Source: Vulcanimicrobiota bacterium
Lineage (GTDB): Bacteria > Vulcanimicrobiota > Vulcanimicrobiia > Eremiobacterales > Eremiobacteraceae
Assembly: GCA_963812135.1 (NCBI GenBank)
Contig: CAWETU010000001.1
Location: forward strand, 544,001-608,000
Reading direction: 5' to 3'
Length of the DNA: 64,000 nt
In this document: positions 47,854-56,307 of the stretch, in pieces
How the letters are laid out: every line of letters starts with the position of its first letter
How positions within the stretch are numbered: position 1 is the first letter of the stretch
Program-made: the position numbers and the translations under genes
Notes under the pieces: generated by a model
What the model saw: the letters and a program-made list of their open reading frames with translations, nothing else
What the model was told of the DNA's origin: nothing
Database searches by the model: none

Positions 47854-48183
47854 TTATTGGTGCTTCAGAACGACGATCTTGTCAGCGTGCCGTGCGCCCA
47901 TCGCGCTCTGGTCGTACGTGACCTTCACAGGGGTGCCCGGCTTGAGAAACGACATCTGATACGTCGTCTTGCCGTCCTCCGACCAGATGTTCTTGAACTT
48001 GGGGACGATGAGAAAGCTCAGCTCTTGACCGCTGCTGCTCTTCACCTTGAGATTGCTCGTGGAGACGTGGGTGATCGTGCCGGTGAAGTATGCGTTGGGG
48101 CTCGCCTGAACCGGCTTGGTGGAGGTGCTGACGAATGCAGCCGCAACGAATAGCGCTGCGACTAGTAGGAGAAGATTACGCAT
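47854..48183 (-). CDS. Hypothetical secreted OB-fold-like protein
   Basis: Signal peptide; GTITHVS, LKPG..VKVTY, ADKIVV. Confidence 0.75.
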   Translation of the reverse strand: MRNLLLLVAALFVAAAFVSTSTKPVQASPNAYFTGTITHVSTSNLKVKSSSGQELSFLIVPKFKNIWSEDGKTTYQMSFLKPGTPVKVTYDQSAMGARHADKIVVLKHQ

Positions 48184-48251
48184 TGAGTTCCCTTCTTTGC
48201 CTTGGTTCCGCGCGATACAGCGATCGCGCCGCTCTCTTATAACGTACCCAG

Positions 48252-48944
48252 CTACTTCAACGTTCCAATGTGTTTGGGCGGCCAGAACACGAAGAACGCG
48301 TGGCCGACGAATTGATCGCGCCGCAAGAATCCCCACAAGTGACTGTCGTCCGAATCGTTGCGGTTGTCGCCCAACATCAGATAATACCCGTTGGGCACGC
48401 GGTCAGGCGCTTGCCAGGCCGACTTGGGAGGGATCTGCGATCGCTGCGGATCCAGTGGCATGCCGTCGACGTAGATGCCGTAGTTCTTGATCTCGAGGTC
48501 GTAGTTCGGGCGCTGACCTTTGGGCAAGTACGGCTCGACGAGCTTCTCGCCGTTGCGATAGACGTCGCCGTTCTTCACCTGGAACGCATCGCCGGGCGCG
48601 GCCATGACACGCTTGATGAAGTCCGTCGTGCCCAATTGGGGCGGCGGCGCGAAGACCGCGATCTGTCCGTCTTTCGGATCGGAGATGCGGTATTGGATCT
48701 CGTTGGCGAGCAGCACGTCGTTGACGTCGAGCGTCGGCTCCATCGAGCCCGACGGGATCCAAAACGTGCGCACGACGAATTGCATGAGAACGAGTGCGAC
48801 GATGCCTGCGACGATGAACGCGTCGAGATACTCGCGGATGACGATGCGCTGCTTCTCGTCCGGCACGGTCGCCGGGCGCAAGCCGATGACGATGCGGGCG
48901 ACGAGCAGCAGCCCGATGATGAGGAAGAGCGCGCCGGGACTCAC
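48252..48944 (-). CDS. lepB: Signal peptidase I
   Basis: [28 protein letters not shown]; coupled to rplS. Confidence 0.95.
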   Translation of the reverse strand: MSPGALFLIIGLLLVARIVIGLRPATVPDEKQRIVIREYLDAFIVAGIVALVLMQFVVRTFWIPSGSMEPTLDVNDVLLANEIQYRISDPKDGQIAVFAPPPQLGTTDFIKRVMAAPGDAFQVKNGDVYRNGEKLVEPYLPKGQRPNYDLEIKNYGIYVDGMPLDPQRSQIPPKSAWQAPDRVPNGYYLMLGDNRNDSDDSHLWGFLRRDQFVGHAFFVFWPPKHIGTLK

Positions 48945-49297
48945 TGCGCGGTTTGCTTCTGCTCTTTGATCCGCGTGGCTTTGCTGCCGACGCGCTCCTG
49001 CAGATAGAAGAGTTTGGCGCGACGCACGCTGCCGCGGCGCACGACGTCGATCTTCTCGACTCTGGGCGATTGCACCAAGAACGAACGCTCGACGCCGACG
49101 CCGTGCGCCAAGCGGCGGACCGTGAAGGTCGCGCTCGTGCCGCCATGGCGGCGCTCGACGACGACGCCCTCGAACACTTGGATGCGTTCCTTATTGCCTT
49201 CGGTGACGCGCGAATGCACTTTGACCGTATCGCCGGGTGCGAAATCGGCGGTGCGCTTTTTGGCGCCGCCCGGGCCTACAAGGCTGGCGAGATTCAT
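48941..49297 (-). CDS. rplS: 50S ribosomal protein L19
   Basis: [37 protein letters not shown]. Confidence 0.97.
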   Translation of the reverse strand: MNLASLVGPGGAKKRTADFAPGDTVKVHSRVTEGNKERIQVFEGVVVERRHGGTSATFTVRRLAHGVGVERSFLVQSPRVEKIDVVRRGSVRRAKLFYLQERVGSKATRIKEQKQTAQ

Positions 49298-49322
49298 GAT
49301 ACCAACGTCCTCTACGGCCGCG

Positions 49323-49358
49323 AAAAAGGCGTCGACCTCACGTTCGAGGCTCGACGCC
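49323..49358 (-). terminator. Terminator-like hairpin inside the rplS 5' leader
   Basis: Minus: GGCGTCGAGCCTC-GAACGT-GAGGTCGACGCC-TTTTT, 25 nt upstream of the rplS ATG. Confidence 0.65.
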
Positions 49359-49393
49359 GCAGCCAAAAATGTGCCTGAATGCGAACGCAAACC

Positions 49394-49423
49394 AGTATAG
49401 CATAAGGCTGCGCCATGCTTCAA
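49394..49423 (-). promoter_or_regulatory. Sigma70-type promoter for rplS
   Basis: TTGAAG, 18 nt, TATACT with TGn extension. Confidence 0.7.
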
Positions 49424-49473
49424 GCGTCTGGGCCGGCAGGACCGCCCTCCCCCGAACCAACCCTTGCCGCAGC

Positions 49474-50151
49474 CTAGGGAAGATCTGGCCGGCGCGTGCG
49501 GGTGCGCGTGCGCGACTGTTCGCGCCGCCATGCCTCGATTTTGGCATGATCACCGCTTAGCAACACATCCGGCACCGCAACGCCGCGGAAGACGGCCGGA
49601 CGCGTGTAGTGCGGCCAGTCGAGGGCGCCGTCCGCGAACGAATCTTCTGCGGCGCTCTGCTGGGCGATGACGCCGGGCAGCAGCCGCACGCACGCATCGA
49701 CGAATGCAAGCGCTGGGATCTCTCCTCCCGTCAACACGAAATCGCCGAGCGATGCTTCTTCCGCCGGCACGAGATCGAAGAGCCGCTCATCGATGCCTTC
49801 ATAATGGCCGCAGACGATGATCAACCGCGATAGCGCAGACCATTGCGCGGCCATCGCATGATCGAATCGCCGCCCGGCAGGCGAGGGGACGACGAGCCGC
49901 GTGCCTTCGGGGAGCGCGAGATCCGGGCCAAGCAGCTCCTCGAGACACGCGACCAACGGGCCAAGCCGCATCACCATGCCCGCGCCCCCACCATACGCGG
50001 CGTCGTCGGCGCGCTCGCCAGCGGGCACATAGCGCCACAGGTCGTGCACGTGGATGTCGACCGCGCCTTTCTCTTGCGCGCGTCCGAGGATGCTGCCCGA
50101 AATGATAGGCTCGAAAAAGGCAGAAAACAGCGTCACGATGTCGATGCGCAT
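49474..50151 (-). CDS. trmD: tRNA (guanine-37 N1)-methyltransferase
   Basis: [43 protein letters not shown]. Confidence 0.97.
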   Translation of the reverse strand: MRIDIVTLFSAFFEPIISGSILGRAQEKGAVDIHVHDLWRYVPAGERADDAAYGGGAGMVMRLGPLVACLEELLGPDLALPEGTRLVVPSPAGRRFDHAMAAQWSALSRLIIVCGHYEGIDERLFDLVPAEEASLGDFVLTGGEIPALAFVDACVRLLPGVIAQQSAAEDSFADGALDWPHYTRPAVFRGVAVPDVLLSGDHAKIEAWRREQSRTRTRTRRPDLP

Positions 50152-50176
50152 GGGGCCCAGCGGTTTTGGCAAGGGC

Positions 50177-50623
50177 ATGAACACGCCCTTTGAGCAGGGC
50201 CTTGTCGCGCTGGCCGAACGGCGTTACGACGAGGCCATCGGTCTGTTCAGCGCGGCCGCGGAGAGCGGCGATCGAAAAGCCGAAGCGCTCTCAAAACGCG
50301 GGGTATGCCATTTGCGCCTCAGCGCTCTGCAGAGCGCGGCTGCCGATTTCGAGGCCGCGTTGCAGATAGATCCGAAGTGCGCACCCGCGTTGACCAATCT
50401 TGGCAACATGGCGCTTGAAGACGGCCGGCTCGCCGAGGCGCGTACGCGGTATGAGGCAGCACTTGCCGCAGATCCCGACTACGCGCTTGCCCACCACAAC
50501 TATGCGGTGCTGCTCAAACGTGAAGGCCGCATCGGCGAGTCGGTGCGCGAGCTGCGCCGTGCGGCGAAGCTCGAGAACGGCTCGTTCTGGGATTTCTTGT
50601 CGGGCAGGCGCAGGCGCAACTAA
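50177..50623 (+). CDS. Tetratricopeptide repeat protein
   Basis: Three to four TPR units (A..NLG, A..NYA). Confidence 0.85.
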   Translation: MNTPFEQGLVALAERRYDEAIGLFSAAAESGDRKAEALSKRGVCHLRLSALQSAAADFEAALQIDPKCAPALTNLGNMALEDGRLAEARTRYEAALAADPDYALAHHNYAVLLKREGRIGESVRELRRAAKLENGSFWDFLSGRRRRN

Positions 50624-51099
50624 CGCTTCGAGGGCTCGAGCACCTCGACGACATCTGCCTTCTTCACGTCTTCAAGATACTCGAACAGTTGTGGCAGCGA
50701 GATGCGCTCCAACGCGCTGCGCTTGGGTCCCTTGCCTTCTTCGCCTTCGTCGCGCAAGTAGTAGCGCACGTCGAACTCACCTTCTTCCTCTGTATAGAAG
50801 GCGACGGCGTAGCTCTTGCCCTCGTCGTAGATTCGCAACGCGTGCGGATTGACGATCTCGATCGAATGGGCTGGGTGATCGGCGTCGAAGAGCGTCACGA
50901 CCAGCTCGCTTTGACCGCTCACGTCGACTTGGCCCAGCAGGAACACGTTCTTGACGGAGAAGAGCTGGCGGGTACGGCGATGCCGTGCCGACATCTCGTA
51001 AAAGACGTAATGGCGGACGAAGCGCGCGAGGATTTTCTTGAGGGTCGCAAGCGACGCGACCGGGTCCTCGCGCTGACCCTTAGTGTAGAAGATCTTCAA
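50620..51099 (-). CDS. Hypothetical protein
   Basis: 159-aa ORF with normal codon usage; TTG start; no motif recognised. Confidence 0.7.
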   Translation of the reverse strand: MKIFYTKGQREDPVASLATLKKILARFVRHYVFYEMSARHRRTRQLFSVKNVFLLGQVDVSGQSELVVTLFDADHPAHSIEIVNPHALRIYDEGKSYAVAFYTEEEGEFDVRYYLRDEGEEGKGPKRSALERISLPQLFEYLEDVKKADVVEVLEPSKR

Positions 51100-51208
51100 C
51101 AGACCGCCTAGACGGTGAGAGGTTCGAGAGAATGGGGACCCGTGCCGGGGACCGCACCAGGGACGGACGACGGCCCGGAGAAACTTTGTCTTTCAACGCT
51201 GCAAAACC

Positions 51209-51508
51209 ATGCTGAGCCCATCTGACACCATCCTCATCTTCGTCGTCGCGCTGCTGCTGTTCGGGCCGGAGCACCTGCCCAAGATCGCGCGTCAGCTCGG
51301 CGATGCGATGCGTCACGTCCAGAACACGACCAACTCGTTCATGGCGGAGATGGATCGCGCGGCCGCCGCGGCCGATCTCAAAGCGCACACGACATGGGAG
51401 CCGCCGCCAGCCGAAGATTGGCAAACGCCGACGTCCACGCTGACAGTCGAACCGGCGCACGAGTTGCCCGAGCCGGAAGTTCCCGAGCCGCCGAAGACGG
51501 TCGAATAA
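51209..51508 (+). CDS. Twin-arginine translocase TatA/TatB family subunit
   Basis: TM helix, FGPEHLP, amphipathic helix, acidic Pro-rich tail. Confidence 0.88.
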   Translation: MLSPSDTILIFVVALLLFGPEHLPKIARQLGDAMRHVQNTTNSFMAEMDRAAAAADLKAHTTWEPPPAEDWQTPTSTLTVEPAHELPEPEVPEPPKTVE

Positions 51509-51521
51509 ATCCGACCGCTAC
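51498..51521 (-). repeat. GTAG-type REP-like palindrome, copy A1
   Basis: Minus GTAG-CGGTCGGAT-TT-ATTCGACCG; 17 nt identical to the copy at 53185-53201. Confidence 0.75.
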
Positions 51522-51527
51522 CTTTTT

Positions 51528-52115
51528 TTAGTTGGCGTCGAGGCCCACGAGGCGGCGCCACAGTGTGATCACCTTATAGACGTAGTTCACCGTCTCGTCG
51601 TATGGCGGGATCCCGCCATATCGATCCACCGCGCCGGTGCCGGCGTTGTATGCGGCGATCGCCCGCTCGAAGCAATCTTGCGCATCGAGCGAAGAGTAGT
51701 GCTCGAGATTGCCTTTGAGCGTGAGCACGGTGCCGTGGATGTTCTGGTCGATATTCTCGACGTCGGTGACGTGGTCGATCGCGGCGGTGCCAGGCATGAG
51801 CTGACCGAGCCCCCGCGCGCCCGCGCTGCTGCGCGCCGTCGGGTCAAACGAGCTCTCGGTGGCGACGATCGCGACCACCAAGCGCGGATCGATCTTCTGA
51901 TCCCACGATTCGCGGATGATCGCGGCGACGATCTCCTCGGCTTCGGGTTCGTCGATGCCGGGATTGAAATAACGGATCGCTGCGACGTACGCGCGCATCG
52001 CTTCGGCGGCGGACATCTGGTGCAGCGGGTGAGTCGCCGCAGCAGCAGGCTGCCCCGAAAGGAGGACAGCTGCAAGGACGAGCGACGCAAACGAGGCGCC
52101 TAACAGGAGACGCAT
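51528..52115 (-). CDS. Lytic transglycosylase (SLT domain)
   Basis: ESSFDP.A.S.AGARGLGQLMP, AAYNAG, IPPYDETVNYV; signal peptide. Confidence 0.92.
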   Translation of the reverse strand: MRLLLGASFASLVLAAVLLSGQPAAAATHPLHQMSAAEAMRAYVAAIRYFNPGIDEPEAEEIVAAIIRESWDQKIDPRLVVAIVATESSFDPTARSSAGARGLGQLMPGTAAIDHVTDVENIDQNIHGTVLTLKGNLEHYSSLDAQDCFERAIAAYNAGTGAVDRYGGIPPYDETVNYVYKVITLWRRLVGLDAN

Positions 52116-52207
52116 ATGAGAGGTATATCGGGCGCGCGGGGGTCGAAATGAAGACGCCGCCCATGCTGGGGCGGCGCTCACGCGGTTGGTGGGCCGGCTT
52201 TCGGCGG

Positions 52208-52462
52208 TCAAAACTTGAGCTGTGACCTCACCTCGGCGACGCGCTCCTCGACGAATTTCGTCACGGACTTGCGCAGCGCGGCGCGATGCTCTTCCTCGAG
52301 CCGGTTGTAGATCACAAACCCAGCGGTCGCGACGACCGCGCCGATGAGCCCGGCCATGAGGGCGCCGCGCAGCTCGCCGGAGCCGTCGTCGGGTTGAATA
52401 TCTCGACCGGGATTTTGGCTGGCGCCGTTGGGCAGCGCGTCGCGATTGACAGGCGAGTCCAT
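52208..52462 (-). CDS. Hypothetical single-TM protein (YtxH-like)
   Basis: AAGGAG RBS; GALMAGLIGAVVA TM followed by a charged helix. Confidence 0.7.
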   Translation of the reverse strand: MDSPVNRDALPNGASQNPGRDIQPDDGSGELRGALMAGLIGAVVATAGFVIYNRLEEEHRAALRKSVTKFVEERVAEVRSQLKF

Positions 52463-52466
52463 CGTC

Positions 52467-52859
52467 TTAGGCTCCTTTGCGGGGCCGGACATGTTCCGCG
52501 GGCCGCCGGCGGGCCCCTGTGGAGCGCACCGTCACGCGCAGATTCTGGGGATATTCGCGGGCGATCGCGCGCAGGCCGGAAAGCGTCGTCTCCAAGACCG
52601 CTTGCGCGGCCGCGTTGCGCGGGTCGAGCAGCTCGAGCACGTACGCGCCGTCAGGGTGATCGTGGACGTGGACGTGCGCCTTGCAGTGGCGGACGAGGCC
52701 GTGGGCGGCGGATTGGATCAGCGCGCTCACGCCGGCGCAGACGATATCTTCGCCTGGCTGCGCGAACCCCGCATGGCCTGTGACTTCGAAGCGGACGAGA
52801 TGGCCGCCGTGCCGCTGCGCGGCGACCGCGAGCGACGGTTTAGAGCGAGATCTTTTCAA
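52467..52859 (-). CDS. prp: Ribosomal-processing cysteine protease Prp (DUF464)
   Basis: GHAGF..GEDIVCAGVSAL catalytic His/Cys; YP.NL; directly after rplU. Confidence 0.9.
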   Translation of the reverse strand: MKRSRSKPSLAVAAQRHGGHLVRFEVTGHAGFAQPGEDIVCAGVSALIQSAAHGLVRHCKAHVHVHDHPDGAYVLELLDPRNAAAQAVLETTLSGLRAIAREYPQNLRVTVRSTGARRRPAEHVRPRKGA

Positions 52860-53151
52860 TGCGCAGCTCGGTGATCGGCTGCCGGTGCCCGTGCCGCTTG
52901 CGGATGCGCTTCTTGGGCTTGTAGTGGAAGACCATGATCTTGCGGTCTTTGCCTTGGCGCAGCACGCGCGCGGTGACTCTTGCGCTTGAGATCAAAGGCG
53001 ATCCGATGCGCAGCTCGTTGCCGTCATGCGCCAAGATCACGCGCTCGAACACGATCTGCGAGTCGGGCGCGCCCGGCATGCTATCGACGCGGATGACGTC
53101 GCCTTCGCTGACCTTGAATTGGCGGCCGTTGGCTTCGATAACCGCGTACAT
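52840..53151 (-). CDS. rplU: 50S ribosomal protein L21
   Basis: MYAVIE..GRQFKV, K..VFHYKPKK, GHRQ. Confidence 0.97.
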   Translation of the reverse strand: MYAVIEANGRQFKVSEGDVIRVDSMPGAPDSQIVFERVILAHDGNELRIGSPLISSARVTARVLRQGKDRKIMVFHYKPKKRIRKRHGHRQPITELRIEKISL

Positions 53152-53176
53152 TGACAAGTACCTTTCCGGGTAAGTA

Positions 53177-53201
53177 CGGTTCGGATAAATCCGACCGCTA
53201 C
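53177..53201 (-). repeat. GTAG-type REP-like palindrome, copy A2, in the rplU 5' UTR
   Basis: Minus GTAG-CGGTCGGAT-TT-ATCCGAACCG. Confidence 0.75.
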
Positions 53202-53256
53202 ATCTGACGTGGGGAGTTCGGCGGGAGCGATTTGATTCGCTGCGCGACAAGCGAGA

Positions 53257-53286
53257 ATGGTATCACAGAGCCTTTGATGTAGTCAA
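53257..53286 (-). promoter_or_regulatory. Sigma70-type promoter for rplU
   Basis: TTGACT, 18 nt, TACCAT with TGn extension. Confidence 0.7.
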
Positions 53287-53321
53287 ACCAACGTGTCCCG
53301 TATCACGGGGCCCAAAAACTA

Positions 53322-53350
53322 TTTACAAAGCATGTTAAATGGCCTAATAT
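53322..53350 (+). promoter_or_regulatory. Sigma70-type promoter for speD
   Basis: TTTACA, 17 nt, TAATAT. Confidence 0.7.
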
Positions 53351-53442
53351 TCGTATTTGGTACGTGGGACAACCCGCGTTTGTCAACCCAACCATTGGAG
53401 GTGGGATCTCCCTGCTCGTTTAGCCCTGTGGGGGGTCGTTTA

Positions 53443-53889
53443 TTGAAAGCACCCGGAGCGCTCGGAACGCATATCATCGTCGAACTGTCGGACTGTCACC
53501 CAAAGGTCCTCGCCGACGTCGACAGAGTCAGGAACATCCTTATCGCCGCGGCCAAAGAGGCCAACGCAGAAGTCCTGCAAACCGCTTTTCACCGCTTCGC
53601 GCCTCAAGGCGTCAGCGGTGTTGTCGTCATAGCCGAGTCACATCTGTCGATCCACACCTGGCCGGAGTACGGTTACGCCGCCATGGATATCTACACGTGC
53701 GGCGACAAGACCGACCCCTGGAAGGCCTGCCGCTACGCGGCCGCCGAGTTCCAGGCCAAACAGATGCTCACCACGGAAGTTCGGCGCGGGATGACCAACG
53801 AAGACGGCGTCTACAGCCACAGCGTCGGCCGTAAGACGTCGGGGGTCGATCTCGTTGCCAAAAACCGAAAACTTTCAGTGGTACGTTGA
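53443..53889 (+). CDS. speD: S-adenosylmethionine decarboxylase proenzyme
   Basis: PQGVSGVVVIAESHLSIHTWPE (ESH cleavage site), DIYTCG; TTG start. Confidence 0.95.
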   Translation: MKAPGALGTHIIVELSDCHPKVLADVDRVRNILIAAAKEANAEVLQTAFHRFAPQGVSGVVVIAESHLSIHTWPEYGYAAMDIYTCGDKTDPWKACRYAAAEFQAKQMLTTEVRRGMTNEDGVYSHSVGRKTSGVDLVAKNRKLSVVR

Positions 53890-54742
53890 GCAGGTCGCGC
53901 CCGGCGAGGCGCATGGCCACGCGATAACCGCAACCCTCGCGGCCGGCCAATCAGAATTCCAACGCTACGCGATCGTCGCAAGCCCGCTCTTCGGCAAGAT
54001 GCTGGTGCTTGACGGCGATACGCAAAGCGCGGCGCTCGACGAGTTCATCTACCACGAGGCTTTGGTCCATCCGGCGTGCGCCGCTGCCGGCGCGCCGCAG
54101 CGCGCGCTCATCCTGGGCGGTGGAGAAGGCGCCAGCCTGCGCGAGCTCCTGCGAATCCCCTCGATGCGCAAGGTCACCATGGTGGATATCGATGGGGTCG
54201 TCGTCGACATGTGCCGGCGCCATATGCCCGAATGGAGCGCCGGCGCGTTCGAGGATCCGAGAACCGAACTGATCATCGGCGATGCCAAGGCCTACGTCGA
54301 GAAATCGAACGAGGCGTTCGACGTCATCATCGGCGACCTGACGGAGCCGCTCGAAGACTCGCCGTCATACGGACTCCACACGCCCGCGATGTATCGCCAG
54401 ATCCGCGCGCGGCTTGCGCCTGGCGGCTGCTACGCGTTGCAGACCTCGATGTGTGGACCCCACAACTTCCATCTGCATGCGCGCATGATCGCCACGCTGC
54501 GCACCGCGTTCGATTCGGTCGCGCCGTATTCGGCATACGTACCCGCGTTCGACACCCAATGGGGCTTCGCGCTGTGCGGCGCGCCGCTCGACCCGCGCAG
54601 CGAAGGCGCTGCCGAGGCAGCTGCCGCGTACGCGAAGCGCTGCACCGGCCTGCGCTTTTACGACGCCGAGTCGCACCGCGGACTGTTCAATCTTCCGCGC
54701 TATCTGCGTGACGCATACGATGCAGCTGTTCCGCTCGGCTGA
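53855..54742 (+). CDS. speE: Polyamine aminopropyltransferase
   Basis: SEFQ, LVLDG..QS, DEFIYHEALVHP, LGGGEG, VDID, DLTEP. Confidence 0.93.
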   Translation: MPKTENFQWYVEQVAPGEAHGHAITATLAAGQSEFQRYAIVASPLFGKMLVLDGDTQSAALDEFIYHEALVHPACAAAGAPQRALILGGGEGASLRELLRIPSMRKVTMVDIDGVVVDMCRRHMPEWSAGAFEDPRTELIIGDAKAYVEKSNEAFDVIIGDLTEPLEDSPSYGLHTPAMYRQIRARLAPGGCYALQTSMCGPHNFHLHARMIATLRTAFDSVAPYSAYVPAFDTQWGFALCGAPLDPRSEGAAEAAAAYAKRCTGLRFYDAESHRGLFNLPRYLRDAYDAAVPLG

Positions 54743-54788
54743 GCGCGCGCTCCCAGGGCGCCTTCGGGCCTAAAGCGAAAAAAGCGCG

Positions 54789-55892
54789 GTGACGACGACT
54801 CAGGCCGCGGCGCGAACTCCGCTGTTCGCAGTCCACGAGCGGCTCGGCGCCAAGATGTCCCCCTTTGGGGGCTTTCTTATGCCGATCCAATACAGCGGCA
54901 TCATCCCCGAGCACCGAGCGGTCCGCACCGCTGCCGGCATGTTCGACCTTTCGCATATGGGCCAATTCGTCGCGACCGGCGACGGCGTCGCGCCCTGGCT
55001 CGACTCCTTGACCGTCAACAACGTCGAGACGATGAAGCCGAATCAGGCGCGCTACAACATCTTCACGAACGAGCAGGGCGGGGCGCACGATGACGCGATC
55101 ATCTATCGGCTGCCCGGCCGCTGGCTAATCGTGGTAAACGCAGGCAACAGCGAGAAGATGTGGCAGCTGCTCTCGGCCAGCGCGCCCAACGGCGTGAAGC
55201 TGGTCAACCGAACGCCTGAATCGGCGTTGATCGCCATCCAGGGGCCGCGCTCGCTCGAGTTGCTCCAGCCGCTCACGAAGACCGATCTGTCGGCCGTGAA
55301 ATACTATTATGCGACCGAAGGCGAGGTCGCGGGCGTGCCGGCGGAGATCGCACGCACCGGCTATACCGGCGAGGATGGCTTCGAGCTGTTCGTGCCGGCC
55401 GCGGCGGCGGAAGGGTTGTGGACCACGCTGACGCGCGAAGGCGCGCGCGTCGGATTGCTGCCCGCCGGCCTCGGCGCGCGCGACGTGCTGCGGCTCGAGG
55501 CGGGCATGCCGCTCTATGGTCACGAGTTAGAAGAAGACATCACGCCGCTGCAAGCGGGTCTCGATCCCTTCGTGAAGCTCGACAAGCCGGCGTTCGTCGG
55601 CAAGGATGCACTCGTGCGTCAACGCAGCGCCGGCGATTACGACCGGATCGCCGGATTGATCATGGAAGGGCGCGCGCCGGCTCGCGCCGGGTACGAAGTG
55701 TGGCGCGGCGATCAGCGGGTCGGCATCGTGCGCAGCGGCTCGCCTGCACCCGCGGTTGACGGGAAGAACATCGCGACCGCACTGGTGCGCTCGGACGCGA
55801 GCGCGGTCGGCACGCCGCTCGACGTCGAGATACGCGGTCAACGCCACCGAGCGACGGTCGTCCCGATGCCGTTTTACAAACGCCCGAGATAA
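54789..55892 (+). CDS. gcvT: Glycine cleavage system aminomethyltransferase T
   Basis: FDLSHMG, VVNAGN, RTGYTGEDGFE, GLGARD.LRLEAG..LYG, PFYKR. Confidence 0.97.
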   Translation: MTTTQAAARTPLFAVHERLGAKMSPFGGFLMPIQYSGIIPEHRAVRTAAGMFDLSHMGQFVATGDGVAPWLDSLTVNNVETMKPNQARYNIFTNEQGGAHDDAIIYRLPGRWLIVVNAGNSEKMWQLLSASAPNGVKLVNRTPESALIAIQGPRSLELLQPLTKTDLSAVKYYYATEGEVAGVPAEIARTGYTGEDGFELFVPAAAAEGLWTTLTREGARVGLLPAGLGARDVLRLEAGMPLYGHELEEDITPLQAGLDPFVKLDKPAFVGKDALVRQRSAGDYDRIAGLIMEGRAPARAGYEVWRGDQRVGIVRSGSPAPAVDGKNIATALVRSDASAVGTPLDVEIRGQRHRATVVPMPFYKRPR

Positions 55893-55915
55893 TTCTAAAG
55901 AGAAAGCACAAAAAC

Positions 55916-56305
55916 GTGGATCTACCTTCAGACCTCCTCTACACGAAAGAACATGAGTGGGTGAAGCTCGACGGCGCCACGGCGACCGTCGGCATCACCG
56001 ACTACGCGCAGTCGTCGCTCGGCGACATCGTTTACGTCGAGCTGCCCAAACCAGGCGCCAGCCTCGAGCAGTTCGCGCAGATGGGCGTCATCGAATCGGT
56101 CAAGGCGGTGTCGGACATTTACGCGCCAATGGGTGGAACGATCATTGAGATCAACGGCGACGCTGAAAACGATCCCGCGAAGGTCAACAGCGAGCCGTAC
56201 ACCGGGGGCTGGCTCGTCAAGATCAAGCTCGCCGACGCAGCGCAGACCAAGAACCTGCTCGATGCCGCCGGATACCAGAAGGTCGTCGACGCGGCGGCGA
56301 GTTGA
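55916..56305 (+). CDS. gcvH: Glycine cleavage system H protein
   Basis: YTKEHEW, GITDYAQ..LGD, ESVKAVSD lipoyl-Lys, N..PY..GW. Confidence 0.97.
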   Translation: MDLPSDLLYTKEHEWVKLDGATATVGITDYAQSSLGDIVYVELPKPGASLEQFAQMGVIESVKAVSDIYAPMGGTIIEINGDAENDPAKVNSEPYTGGWLVKIKLADAAQTKNLLDAAGYQKVVDAAAS

Positions 56306-56307
56306 CG

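Noticed and set aside
51134..51165. Three GGGAC direct repeats upstream of the tat gene
   Set aside because: Short, GC-rich and unevenly spaced (13 and 12 nt); not distinguishable from chance.
53855..53889. Programmed frameshift fusing speD and speE
   Set aside because: speE has its own G-rich RBS and TTG; the A runs are short and no stimulatory structure is evident.
54743..54788. Glycine riboswitch before gcvT
   Set aside because: The 46-bp gap is too short and lacks aptamer motifs.
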